The notes beneath the pieces were generated by a model. The model worked only from the letters and a program-made list of their open reading frames with translations, was not told where the DNA came from and made no database searches. The position numbers and the translations under genes are program-made. From Fimbriosthenelais zetlandica (Eukaryota): 64,000 nt of DNA. Shown here piece by piece: positions 39,547-52,318 of the stretch. The stretch spans positions 20,460,001 through 20,524,000 of the forward strand of contig OZ365114.1 in the NCBI GenBank assembly GCA_977030845.1, given 5' to 3'. The number at the start of each line of letters is the position of its first letter. Within the stretch, counting starts at the first letter, position 1.

Positions 39547-41882
39547 GTCAGGAGGGAAAGGTCGTTAATCTCATTTGTAAATACTGTAATGTAAATATGA
39601 AATGTTATTCAAGAAGACATGTCAAACTGTTAGCCAAGAGATGATCCAAAGTCATGCCTGGTCGCCTGGATGTACACAGAGAGGATTAAATAATCTTCTA
39701 CAATAGGATCACAGATACTAATATTTATTCTCTTCAATAGGCGAATGTTAAGTGTCCTATGTAGGTCTAACAGTTAATTATAGGTCCGTTAGATATATGT
39801 ACATGTATTTTTGTAGTCTTCTAAATGCAGACAGGCAAAGGCAGATTCATAAGATGCATACTGCTGATAGAAATGACAATATGTGCCATAAAAATGTCCT
39901 TATTTATGCACAGTCTGATGAAATTTAGTTCCATATAATATTATTTATTAGTTAATTACTATGTACATATTTGTGTAGATAGGCTTTTAACTATCCTAAG
40001 ATTTCAAAATTAACACAATCATCTTATAATATAGGTGCTACTATGGGTGTGTTTTATAGCAAAGAAACATTTGATGTTGATGCTTAAAGTATGGGTAATG
40101 CATTTTTATACTGGAGATCGGAAAGTTGAATCCAATTTACGATAGTTTCTCTCACGTATTATTAAATTATAGTTCTCCGAGGATAATATTTTGCTTTCCT
40201 GAATGCATATCTCCAACAGACTTGTATTAAATCATCTGTAGACTGTAGTTCAGAATCTCAGTCATGTCAATTATTGATAGTACCATGCAGATCAGGAAAA
40301 CTCATGTACAGTACACATCATTTCAAATAACATAAATGTCATTGGTATAGGGCAGGACGATTGTTGTAAAATGAACAGCAGTGTGAGAATTCTGTTAGTC
40401 AGATTAAAATTTAACATGTATCCAATAAATATCTAATATTTTGTATTTCATTGTTGCTAGTTTAATCTTAAAAATTGTATGCTTTTATAAAACAGGTCTG
40501 GGACATCTTTATAGAACTCTTGTAAGTAGTATAGGAAAATGCAAGTGATCATCAGGTGTATAAATGAGGGAAGGAGAGGAGGAGAATGGAATGAGGGAAA
40601 TAAGATGTGAGGCTGACAGAGTCCGGCGTCTTGTCAACCTATATTTTATCATTAACAGTTAGATGGAAATCCCTGTCAGGTTCATGACTTGTTTAACACT
40701 GTATCTAGGTTATTGTCTCATGGAGAGCAGTCTATACTTCTCTGCACTCTTGAGACTATATGGTCATCTCCCTTGACATGATAATGTCAACCAGGTCATT
40801 ATCTAGCAATAAACTGAGGAGTTTTATCACGGATATGACAGCTTCTCTATGGAGATATGGTTTTAATGAAGATGTCAGGATGTGCACCTTCATCAACTGT
40901 CGTACTTTACTTGCCAATAATTGAAATTAACGACATGATTATAGGTCATGCGGGATGTCGTAAAACCACCTCGCTGAGACTTTGAATCGTTTTCTCAGTG
41001 AGATCTGCCCTGATGAATATTAATCAGTGCCTTGGGCAAGGAATGTCTGAACTCACATGTGTTACTGATCAGCCATGTGAATCACTCAAACATCCTGTTT
41101 CTCTTCTCGCCATATTTTGACAGATGTGGGAGCCATGTACGAGCTGAATGTAGACTACTGATTCACCTGTCAGTGGAAAGATCTCCCATGTTTGATTACT
41201 AATTAATGATTCTTGAGTGGATCTGTATTGGGTAGACTGACAATTAGTGACCATTGATCCCTTCCTGAGGCTGTCATAAGTCTCAGTTCGTGATGAATGT
41301 AGAATTAAATTTAAACCTTTTCTGTTTGAATGTCACCCTGTGTATAGTGGAAAATGGATAATCCCTGGATAAAGGAGTATCTTGTCTTTTGTGAAGATTG
41401 ACCAAGTATCATTTTTTTACGGCAAGTTATTAGAATTCTTATATCTATTTCTATAATTCTAAGCTTTCGCTATGATTCTAGATAAAGACTTTTAGGTTAT
41501 ATGTTTATATGATACTGATAATAAACAAGCAAGACATGAATATTATAGGTGAAAAAGGCACTATATACAGACTTTATTTCCCTCAGAAAAACAAACAATG
41601 TGAAGTTTTTGGAGTTCTGGATGGATTGGTCCTCTCTTGTGTGTAATGTAATGCATGAATATCATGTTAAATTCCTTCCTTGATTAGGCTAGTTTTACTG
41701 AGGTCGTCGCTTGATTACACAATCTGTTTGGAGTATAAAAGATTTGTATTAATTTACTGTTAACTATTCGGTGGGTTAGAAATGTATTTTAAGGAGATAA
41801 CTGTTCACAAACATCTGGAGACCAAATGAAATTAGATATTATGCAATGAACATTCGTAATTATCGAAATGAATCCTTACCTT

Positions 41883-42838
41883 TTAATGTGAGCGCTTGTT
41901 TAGTTCATAACTGAAGCCATAGTCATATTTGGGTCCATCTCCTCTGGGCACATTACCATGTGGATCGTAGTGGCTTGGGTGGTTATGACCATGACTACCA
42001 TGACTACCGTGACTACCATGCTGAGAATAGGGCTGGTAGCTTGGTGCGCTGATATAGCTGTTACCAAAACGATTATTATGATGACCACCATATCCAGCAT
42101 TACCATAACCATCATTATGTCCACCATAGGAGGCAGCAGCATGGCCATGGCCGTAGCTGTTCTGATGACCATGGCTACGGACACCAATCACACCGAGTGG
42201 ACTACCGGGAACTCCATCTTTGCGGGCAGTTCCAGTACCTGTTCCATACCATTGAGCATTCTTGTTAACGGCCAATTGGCGACGGGCGTTGTTGGCATGT
42301 ACAGAAGACTCAAATCCACTGAAAAGTTAGGAATATTGAATTATTAAATTGAGTTAAATTACAAAGTAACTACCTGGGAATGTGTGAACTTCCATATGCA
42401 AATATTCCTACAGAAGTTTATGTGACAAGTTTACCGATTTCTCCTCAGGCGCCTACTTAAAATTCAGCAAAATATAATTTGATATGTACTGGATATCAGG
42501 AGCAGATTTCCCTTTCCTTAAAAAGTATATTTCAAATATATTTTTGGTAGCGTATATCGCCCGTGAATCTTAGTGGATTTCAATATGGTATTTCTTCTCC
42601 ATAGACCTTTTGAATTTCAGAGGGGAAGTCGCTATACAATATAGAAAACTAGCCAGTCTTGTTGATCAGAATACCGAAAAGAATCCTGGAAAAAAAATGA
42701 AGTGTAGAATAAAACCTACTCGTGTGGTTCAGCATGTTTCTGTCCATAATATCCACCATGTTGTCCATTCCATCCATGACCGGATGGAGCTGTAAAGCAC
42801 ACAGGCAGAATAGCCAGAAGAACAAGTGTAGTAACCAT
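41883..42838 (-). CDS. Secreted Gly/His/Tyr/Ser-rich low-complexity protein (paralogue A), 184 aa, complement(join(41883..42318,42720..42838))
   Basis: Signal peptide MVTTLVLLAILPVCFTA, phase-2 intron (GA|gtaggt ... ttttcag|T), shared 38-aa motif with paralogue B, (SHG)n repeats. Confidence 0.85.
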
Positions 42839-42979
42839 TGTGTCTGTGATGTGCAGGACTTTAAGTGACGTGATATGTGTAAAAGGTCCAAACGTAAAGG
42901 ATCCTCCAAGTCTTCACTCTCTACAAGTTGAATGTGTGGATGAGGAAGAGATACTGAGGAGTGTGGACATTGACGGGCC

Positions 42980-42986
42980 TTTTATA
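42980..42986 (-). promoter_or_regulatory. TATA box of paralogue A
   Basis: TATAAAA 31 nt upstream of an initiator-like TCAGT (+1 near 42955), followed by an ATG-free leader to the start codon. Confidence 0.7.
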
Positions 42987-45900
42987 GGCAGACACAGGTC
43001 CGACTGTCCAGCCATCCTTCAATAGGAATTTAAGGTGTATGGGCACACCTCCCCCAGGCTTCGTGCACGCAGGCCTACCGTTAATGATTGGGTTGTATAA
43101 CAGATCCGTTGTGCATGTCTCCCATGCTATGCATTATTCATGTCAAATCATGTCAACGGGACTGGAGAGACGAGAGGTCAGTTTGACCAGTAGCATGACA
43201 CTTCATCACCAATACAGGGCAATTGATTTATTGACAAATGTCCTAATGGTCCTCTAAATAGATTGGAATTTCTATTGGCAATATCCCTATCAAAAGTTGA
43301 TATCATTTATTGGAAATTTGTTACTCGTGATCGACATTTACACATGGGTCATGTCATAGGGCCATTATTTGTCATGGCTTCAATTATCGAGGAATTATTA
43401 ATGACAGTCCTCTTGATGTGAACTGGGAAAATAGTCTCGGTTAGTTAGGCTACTCATGAAGTTACGAAAATTAATTATTAGAATAGCATGGCTGCATTAA
43501 CTTTTCATGAATGCCAAGCCTGTATGGCTGTGTATACCAAGCATTTTTCTCACAAGGCAAAACTTGAAATTCTGCCAGATATATTTGTCTTCAATATAAA
43601 TCCTTCGATATATAATCAATATAAAAAAGTAATTAATTCATGCAAGTGTAATTAACCAGGGGAATTATTGCCTGCTGTTCAATTTGATAACATTATAGGT
43701 TATTTATAATCATGGGCCTATTATAAAAACAGACAATGATGTTCAGAGCACGAGGTCGTCACTCTAGATAGAGGAAGTTGCCGGGTCAAGGACAACTTGA
43801 ACTTTGAGATTGCCATAGTAACTAATAAAACATTCTGTTCGAGTTCACTGGTTACCAGGAAGTTAACGAATGGATTTCTTGGAACTCACATATTATGATT
43901 TGTGTCCTTAGAAAGTAGATTTTTAGAGGGCGACCCTTTTACTTTTATTCTTATTTCTCTAATGGACTTGAGAGACGATTTAAGTATGTGAGGAATTCAC
44001 CAGTGATTTTAATCGTCTCTTAAGCAGGCAGACCCATCATGGAAAGTAAATCAGTGCATATAGATTGCCCCCAATCAGTTCATACCGGTACTTACTAATA
44101 ATGTAACAAGGCCTATAGGCCTAAAGATGTATAACACATGCATTATGGTCTACTGTATTTTAATTAAACTGACACGAAGACTCCTGCCAGCTCTAGGCCC
44201 TACGGGGTTTAGGGTGAGGGCCTCAGTCAAATCCCTATATTTCATAGATCATGAAGCTCAAATAACAAGGTGCTTTAATCTCGTTAGTGTAGCCTACACG
44301 AAGCTTTAACAACAAAGAAATCATAGAATGCAGCAACCCCAGAAAAACCATTTTAAGGTACATGTCAAATGTAAACTTTAGGGCCTACTAATTATGAAAA
44401 AATGATCTGGGAGAGCACTATGGGATTTGCTTGCCGTGTAACGTTAGCCTACTAAAGGCCTATGGCCTTCCAAACCTGGGATAAATGTGTTCTTGTACAA
44501 TAGACATTAATTGTCCATCAATCAAATAGGAGTTAAGATAAACAGTAAGCATAATATATATATATAATGTAGCATACTAAAGCTTGAATTCAGAGGTCTA
44601 TATTATATTGATGATTTATTATAAGGGTACATAGGCTAGGTCACATTATGCGGAAGTAGACGTGATGGGACATTCAGAGATGTCAATGACCTTCAACATC
44701 TCGCCCCATGAATCATAGAGGGCGCGTCAATTCAGGTCTCGCCGCAATGAATTACCTAACTCTGTCGATCATAATGTGAAGTCCTGATTTGTTTATGATA
44801 ATCATTAAGATATCTTTTATTTAGATGAATTTTGATGAGACTTATTTATTTAGAGAGGCATTAGAAGAGATTTAATCAAACTATACCCAGGAACATGTCT
44901 TAATTGATAATAATTATCTTTAATTAAAAATTAAAAGTACATTTAAAATAACAGTAGGGCCTAGGCCTATAGTAGTAGATACTAAAGGGTCAGTATAGGT
45001 GCTACCAAGGCAAGAACCGATTAACTTCAGTTTCTTTTTCCAATTAGTCAATAGTGTATTTTAACAAAAGAAAAATTACTAATACAATATTATGGTTATT
45101 GTAGCTAATACAATAGTATGTTTATTGACGTTTCTTTTGAAGGCATGTACAATTATATTGTATATTAAACTATATATATCCTGTTAATTGGATTTTCAAT
45201 GTTATAATTGCTTCGTATATTATGAGAAAGGTCGTGACAGGTGAATATGCCCTCCCATTAAATCAAACGTCTCTCATCAACCTTTAACATGTCATTAGCC
45301 TATGTATGCACTTTGACAGGTATATATTTTTATTTATGATAAAAAGGTTATATAAACAGATCGGCTTTATGTACTTAACAAAGACCAGGAACACACCTTA
45401 GGATGTTGACCTGCTGGTGTTCTGTCTCACGCCCCCGAGTTCTCATGAGTAACACAACAGTATATATTAAAGTGATGAATCGTTTATAGACTTTCATAAG
45501 AATTACATATCAATCTACAAGCAGGCCTATCCTATCCTATGTCATGTTCCTTCATTAATTTTGCTGGCCTATCCCATAATAGCTTCAACAGTGATCAATG
45601 TAGTTGTATGGGTTTACATATTGACTTTATACATTGTATACATGTACATGGGTTTTCATTTCAATTACACTTTAATTTCATTTAATATTAATTTAAGATG
45701 ATTATTATAATTTTAATGTGTCCAAACAAAGCATGATAAACCAGCACATATCTATTTGACATATACGACCAAACCCCATCTCCTGTCTATTTCCGAAACC
45801 CATTAATCACTGACATGACACTGTCAGGGTTTTCTGAGATTGACAATTAATGGGACTGGGCTGTGGAAATAAACATTAAAGTACTCTAAATGACGAAGTT

Positions 45901-47396
45901 CAAAACGAAGGCAATTTAACAAATTATTTTATTGGTTTAGCGGAATTCCTTCACACAACATAGACACATTTTCATCATGCATATTGGCTGTCATATTTGA
46001 CGTATATTGCAAGAATATGACTAAATTTGATAATAAAATGTATTTTGATGTAGAATTAATATTTGATATGCTTTATGGAGAGTCCTGATCGGACCAATAA
46101 GCTAAAAGAATGAATCTACAGCAGACTGCATTTTAAATGGAAATAATTTAGCAGATTCTCAAGCATACACCTTGTTGTTTAATGTCAGTTAGTACATGGA
46201 CATCATTAAACCCATAATACAGTGTGGCATTAATGAATGGGACCTAGTATGGCACAGTAAAGAAAGCAAAAGCTAAAAATATTGGGCTACAGCATCATAA
46301 CATTTTAAATACATCTTTGAATGGAATATAAAAAGCAATATGTGCACGGGGATACAGTTTTGAAGATACTGTCATAAATACCATTTTAGTGTCTGAAGGA
46401 CTACTGGGTTCCATGACCCCTGGATCTGTAGAGTACTGTCTGGGGTCTCCTCCTTTATCTCACAAAAAGTGTTACCAAAATCACAGAATGATTCATAATG
46501 TTTCTCATCTCCATGTAAAGTTTTCAGAGGTTCTGATAATAGTTTAACTTTCGAACAGTTACTGTAGGCCTATAGTACAAAGAACTTGAAAATTCAGAGT
46601 GTAAGAGTGTCCTTATATTTGGTGGATATAATCCTATATGCAGTCTCTATGGAGAATGACTAAATGGCACTTTGTAAGAAAGAACAGATGTCTGACGATG
46701 AACGATCCTTTCACTTGCTTATTGCTGGTATTGAACGAAGATAATACATATCGATATTAATTCTGAAAACATGGCTACATTTGATTTTTTCACTGCTTTT
46801 TCATATGTGATATAGCCATAATAATTGATTTCATTTTTTGGTGATTCATATTTCCACCTGTTTGATTATATAGAAAGAGGTGGATTCCACTTTCTGTGTA
46901 CTGTTGATAACACTTACTGTAAGATTGTCCTATGTGAGACATTCGTCAAATGAATAGACCTACTGTATTTCAAGCTTCATAAATAGATGCACATAATATT
47001 CAACATAGCAGTCACTCTGCCAGCGAGCATGGATTGCAGTGTGTATAATGATCTCTGTATGGTTATCATACTGTCGTCAATGTCCTTTGTTGAACACATC
47101 GGATACTGTTTTCTCATCTGAACTACATAGGCCTAAATATTATTTTCGCAATTTTCATTGTGTAATACTTCATTGGTGATTGAGAGCCTAGACTATAAAG
47201 CAGGAACTCATGTTCTGCAAGAAAAAACCAACAGAATTGGATAATTTAATATTAGAAGTGAGTTTGTAAAACTGATAGGAAATCACACTACTTTTCAAAT
47301 GTAATAACTACTTTTTAATCGTAATTCTTTAAGGGTTTAATAGGGAATTTGCAGATGAATGAAACTCACCTGTCTGAAGGTAAGACCCCTCTCTGT

Positions 47397-49303
47397 TTAA
47401 TAACGGCCATAGCCATGGATGGCAACTGGAACCAAGTATTGCATTTGAAGGAGAGACCCTCTCCTTCCACTCCCATACGACTGCTTATAATTTTGGTAAG
47501 TCTTGTCAGGCACTCGGTAGGACTTTTTGGGAGGCTCTATCCGAGGCTGTGGTAGAGGTCCTTCAGAATGCAGAGGTTCCTCTTTGTAACTAGATTCTTC
47601 ATACTTGGGTTCCTCATACTTGTGTTCGCCATGCTTCGGATCTTCATACCTGGGTTCCTCGTATTTTGGCTCCTCATAGGGTACTTGTTGAGTTTCTTCT
47701 TGTTTAGCATTAGGAGAGTTGAAGGATGCTGGTTTTGGCTCAGCAGGGAAAGGCTTTTCCCCATATGAAGTTGGCTCATTCTTGCCAAGGCGTGACATCA
47801 CCTTCACCTAGAGCAGAATAAAAGGTTTCTAAAACTTAAAATTCTTCAGAGCGTTTGGCAATTGCAATGAAATGTGTTCAAAGAGACCAAAAGCATTTCT
47901 ACAAGTGCCATCACCCCCGCCCCCAACCCCAAAAAGGCAATCAAAAACAGGAAAGACTTACATAGTGCTCATGTACGCTGTTGTCATAACCAAAGAGCTT
48001 TGCCTGGGTATCAAAGAAGTCTGGTTCCGTGTCATAGCCAAATAATTGAAGGTAGTTACTGGCAGATTTAGCATGAGGCCTTCGTGAATGTGGTGCAGGG
48101 GGTGCGTGTGGTGCAGGGGGTGAATGTGGTGCAGGGGCTGCATGAGGTGCAGGGGGTGCTGGACGTGATGCAGGTGCAGGATGTGCAGCTGGGCGATGAT
48201 TCTGGTAGACTCTGAGGAAGGCATTGGTTCCAGGATAGCTTTGCCTATGAGCATGACCCGAGTATGCTGCTCCAGAAGGGTAGACCTGATGGCCATGTGG
48301 TGCCTTGAAGGCAGCATATAGGGCAGGGGCCCGGTAAGGGGTGGCATGATAACGTGTGGCAGGAAAAGCATAACTTGCTCGAGCAGTATACACAGCTGGG
48401 GTGGGATAAACAGGAGTCGGTACAACACCATAGTGAGCTGGTGGGGCAGGTGGTCCATAGCTGGCAGTAGGGACAGGATGGTGGGCAGGGGGTGGTCTGG
48501 CATCATGCGTGGCCCCACCATTGGCATGGATGGCAGTGCCCTGAGGTGGGCCTTTCCTGGGCCGAGAAAAACGTGTCCCAGGTACCCCATCAAAATGGGC
48601 AGTGCCAGTGCCTGTACCTATACTTGCTGCTAATTTGTTCACGGCCATCTGTCTTGCAGCATTTATTTGGTGGATGAGTTGCTCATTGTAACTAAAAAGA
48701 GAGAAAACATGAAAAAACAGACGGATGGTATTCAAAAGATATTCACTGGTCACATACACTATACTTCACAAGTGAAAATGACTTTTACTGTTTCAGATTA
48801 TGATGAAATATGAATGGAATTCAGACTATTTATGGCACTTTTGGACAGCTAGCACTTTTATATTATGGGAGTAACTGCATGCTGCTCTCAGTGTACACCC
48901 ACATGACAACCACTCCTACAGTTTTAAGTGCATTATAAACCTGGCTGTAGAAATGTAAGGATCATTGCAATGCAGTTCCAATGGATAAAAACTATTGAAT
49001 GTATGAGTAATACACAAAATTCTAGCAAATGAATATATCACGCTTTGAGTATTGAGCAACAAAAGGGACCCCATTATAGATTGCTCATGCATGGAGGTGC
49101 TCTTACGTTGGTACATTTTGGTTAATAGGTGGTTGCCAAGATATGTTCTGGATTTCATTTTTCTAGGTTTACAATTGATTTCTATCGACTTCTTAACTAT
49201 TAAACAAGTGGATGACTTACGATGGTGCAAGGGCCACAGCCTGTGAATGTGCCGCTTCAACTGCCAGGACAGGCACCATGGCCAAAAATATGAGGCTCAG
49301 CAT
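47397..49303 (-). CDS. Secreted Pro/Ala/His/Tyr-rich protein with acidic YEEPK-repeat tail (paralogue B), 407 aa, complement(join(47397..47807,47962..48691,49221..49303))
   Basis: Signal peptide MLSLIFLAMVPVLAVEA, phase-2 then phase-0 GT-AG introns, shared 38-aa motif with paralogue A, PAPH and YEEPK repeats. Confidence 0.85.
48086..48157 (-). repeat. Coding minisatellite, 4 x 18 nt (PAPHAA/PAPHSP-type hexapeptides)
   Basis: Four adjacent units of consensus gaatgtggtgcagggggt on the + strand. Confidence 0.85.
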
Positions 49304-49439
49304 TGTGATAGTCCTTCTAGGAATTGAATAAAACGTAAAACGCCCACTAATTCAAGTCTCAATCCCTGTTATATTGGACACTCCCATCCAGCACGTCGTC
49401 CTCCAACTAAAATAATACCACCGGATGTCGAGGATGGCG

Positions 49440-49446
49440 TTTTATA
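49440..49446 (-). promoter_or_regulatory. TATA box of paralogue B
   Basis: TATAAAA about 140 nt upstream of the ATG, at a similar spacing to paralogue A. Confidence 0.6.
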
Positions 49447-51485
49447 AAGGAGTAAAAGTCGTCTGTCACCCTGACGAACATAAACGACACATTTTGACAG
49501 GAGAATAAAGTTTTGGTTCAATTGCTGAAAGTCGTAATTGTCTAACAAAATTGCAGCATGGCGATTGATCTCTGCCTAGTTTCCGGTCACCTTACATTCC
49601 CTCCCGAGTTGTACCAAAGGAGAATAACAGTTAATTTGAACTAGTTAAAAAGTGAAACCATTAAATAAATGAAATTAAAATGTTAGGCTATCGACCATTC
49701 AGGATATGGATGTCAAAGATGTTATCTTTGGCGTTCTTTTTTCTTTAACGAGAGGACAATAGATATCTCTAGTTCGACATAGATTTTCGATTCAGATTTT
49801 TTTTAACATGATGCCATAGATCTATTGATTTAATATCTGCATGCCGGAAAACATGACTGAGATGATGTTCCCCACATTCCCACACAATCAGGGATCTGTA
49901 CCAATTAAAAATGGATTCATTGTATTTTGAATGACAACCATTCCGGATTAGGCCTACTTCTTTCAAAATGACATATCAATAAAAATGATCAGAGGAGAAA
50001 TATGTCCGAGATAAATCATTTTTAAGTGAGTGAACAAACATATGGATCTTTTGAAAACCTACTCATTGTAGAAAATGTCCAGATTAATTCAAATAAAAAA
50101 AATATATATATAATTGAAACTAGTTTAACCAAATTTATGTTCAGATGTAGAACATAAATGATATGGTATACACTAGGCCTCTACAATACATTGTCCACGA
50201 CTTGCAATTAATAGAGAGTAGGGGCCTATACCCATCCATTCCATGCCATTACTAATGTGTTTAATTGCCACGTGTTAAGTTTATTTGACATCCTATACTC
50301 TCTGTTATTGAATTTATGGCCTTTGCCACGCGCGGAAATATCCATTTAAGAGGCTTGATCGATATTAATCTAATCATATATCAAAAGTTATACCTCAGTT
50401 TTCCGAAGTTAATGATAGATTGTTGGTACGTGAGTAGAAGATCTATACGATTGATATACATTTTATCCAATCATATTAGTTAGCTTCATTATCATATTGG
50501 CTGATCACACTCATATGACCATGAATGATTCATGTCTTAAATCCAAGCAGCATCTAAACATTGCTTATCCAAGTCTAAAATATTTGCTATAAAGGATTGA
50601 GATCAGTCTTTCGATAGTCTGAATTAAACATTCTACTTCGAGATAGATGGACATGATCTGGCCTTAATTCTTATCAATTCTCGTTTAACATTCCTCTGAC
50701 AGAATAGGCCTATCAAAATTAATTATCTAATACCTTATGTTCAGTGGTGGTCCAGGAACCCTGCAATTGATGGATTGAGAAGTGTTGTTCAAGAAGAAAT
50801 CATCCCATCTTTTTCCCATAAAAATTTAGCAAATTATTCGTGCCTGCACTTTTGCCATTGATGGGAAGGCCCCCGGCCTACTGCCATCAATTAATACATT
50901 GACAGGCTCAATGGGGAGTATCCTGTACAGTCCACGTGTCCAGTCTGGATCTGATGGTAAAATATCGATGTCCAGGGGTGTAGGATAGCCAGGATTTTTA
51001 GACATCAAGAAAGCCTTTGACATTCTCCATCAGGATAGGCTATATTCTTTTAAGCAAAATGGTGGTGCTATATCTCAAGGTTAAATTTGTTCTAAAATTA
51101 ATGTAGCAGGTATTAGGCCCTATAGCCTATGTTATAGGCCTAGGTCTATATTATACAGACATTCATAATTAATAATCTGAAAATGGTGCATGTGCATGTT
51201 CCATATACATTGTATAGACCTAAGCTTGTTCCATTTCGCCTCAGATCATTGATTTCTGTTTCTATTTTCTATGAACATTCATATTAAGTGAAGGAAGTAG
51301 CATCTACTCCTGCATCCAGCAGCGTTCCCCATGTGTTGCCTAGCGACCGAACCGTCCTTGACCTGCACGGAAGTCAAAAGGAGCAGGTTAGATGATCTGA
51401 CTGATGTTGAGCCTGCCTGAGCAGCGAGTCACTCCCCCAATCACTCTCCTACACGCACCCCAATGTAGGCCTACCTGTAGCTGGG

Positions 51486-51524
51486 ATGAGTGGCAAAATG
51501 GCGACAATCCACAGCTTTGAGAAG
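51486..51524 (+). other. 3' part of a probable upstream exon of the GBP-like gene, carrying upstream ATGs
   Basis: CpG-containing block with YY1-like AAAATGGCG and a strong donor GAAG|gtgagt at 51525; the next good acceptor is tattgcag at 52224-25. Confidence 0.55.
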
Positions 51525-52318
51525 GTGAGTATCATACCAACAACTGACATTACCTGTAAATCATATTATAACATCACCTCTGTCGGGGGAACAGCACTGA
51601 TTGACAGAATGAGCAGCTCTGAACAGCTGCATCTCTACTGTCTGTGCTACAGTGTAACCATAGCGTGCCGAGTTGGTCTATACCGAATGTATGAGTGCAG
51701 TCCATGGCCCACAGTCCGGGCCAAATATACTTGGCATGGGTGTGTTTAGGAAGATCTCCGTTAGGAATGTATATATACCACCTTCATTTACAATGAATAC
51801 CTCAGCCATCTTAGCAATAGGCACTTATATTTATGAACAATTGCCATATGTTTTCATCATTTAAAAAAATTTAAATAATAGACCTAAGCCTACCTAATTA
51901 TTTTCAGGGTTCCAGGGTATTTCTGTATATTGATCAAAAGTCAAAATGCTCTTGTAAAAGTGCAAATTGATTAATTCAATTCTTTCTGTCAAAAATGTTC
52001 GTTATTAGAATTCAGCATCATTCGTCATTGGCCATGAGGTGGTATGCCATCTAGTGTTTAACGATTGAATGTGCTGTTCTGAACGTCTAACAAGTAGTAG
52101 GATGAAGTGGACATTATTACAGGTCTGTCCTATAGGAAACGGTCCCCAAAATGCCTGTTAAAGTGGTATATATGCAGTGTCATTCAATTGCATACATTGA
52201 ACTATTATTTTTAATTATATTGCAGACTTTCAAATGGGAGGATTTTCACCACCATAACTAACTTGGCCTAGGCCTTAGTACTGCGCCCTTTTGGTGCTGG
52301 AATCACTCCACCCACAAA

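Noticed and set aside
50826-51023. 65-aa protein-like minus ORF (GYPTPLDIDILP...)
   Set aside because: Bounded by stops, no splice support and no family recognised.
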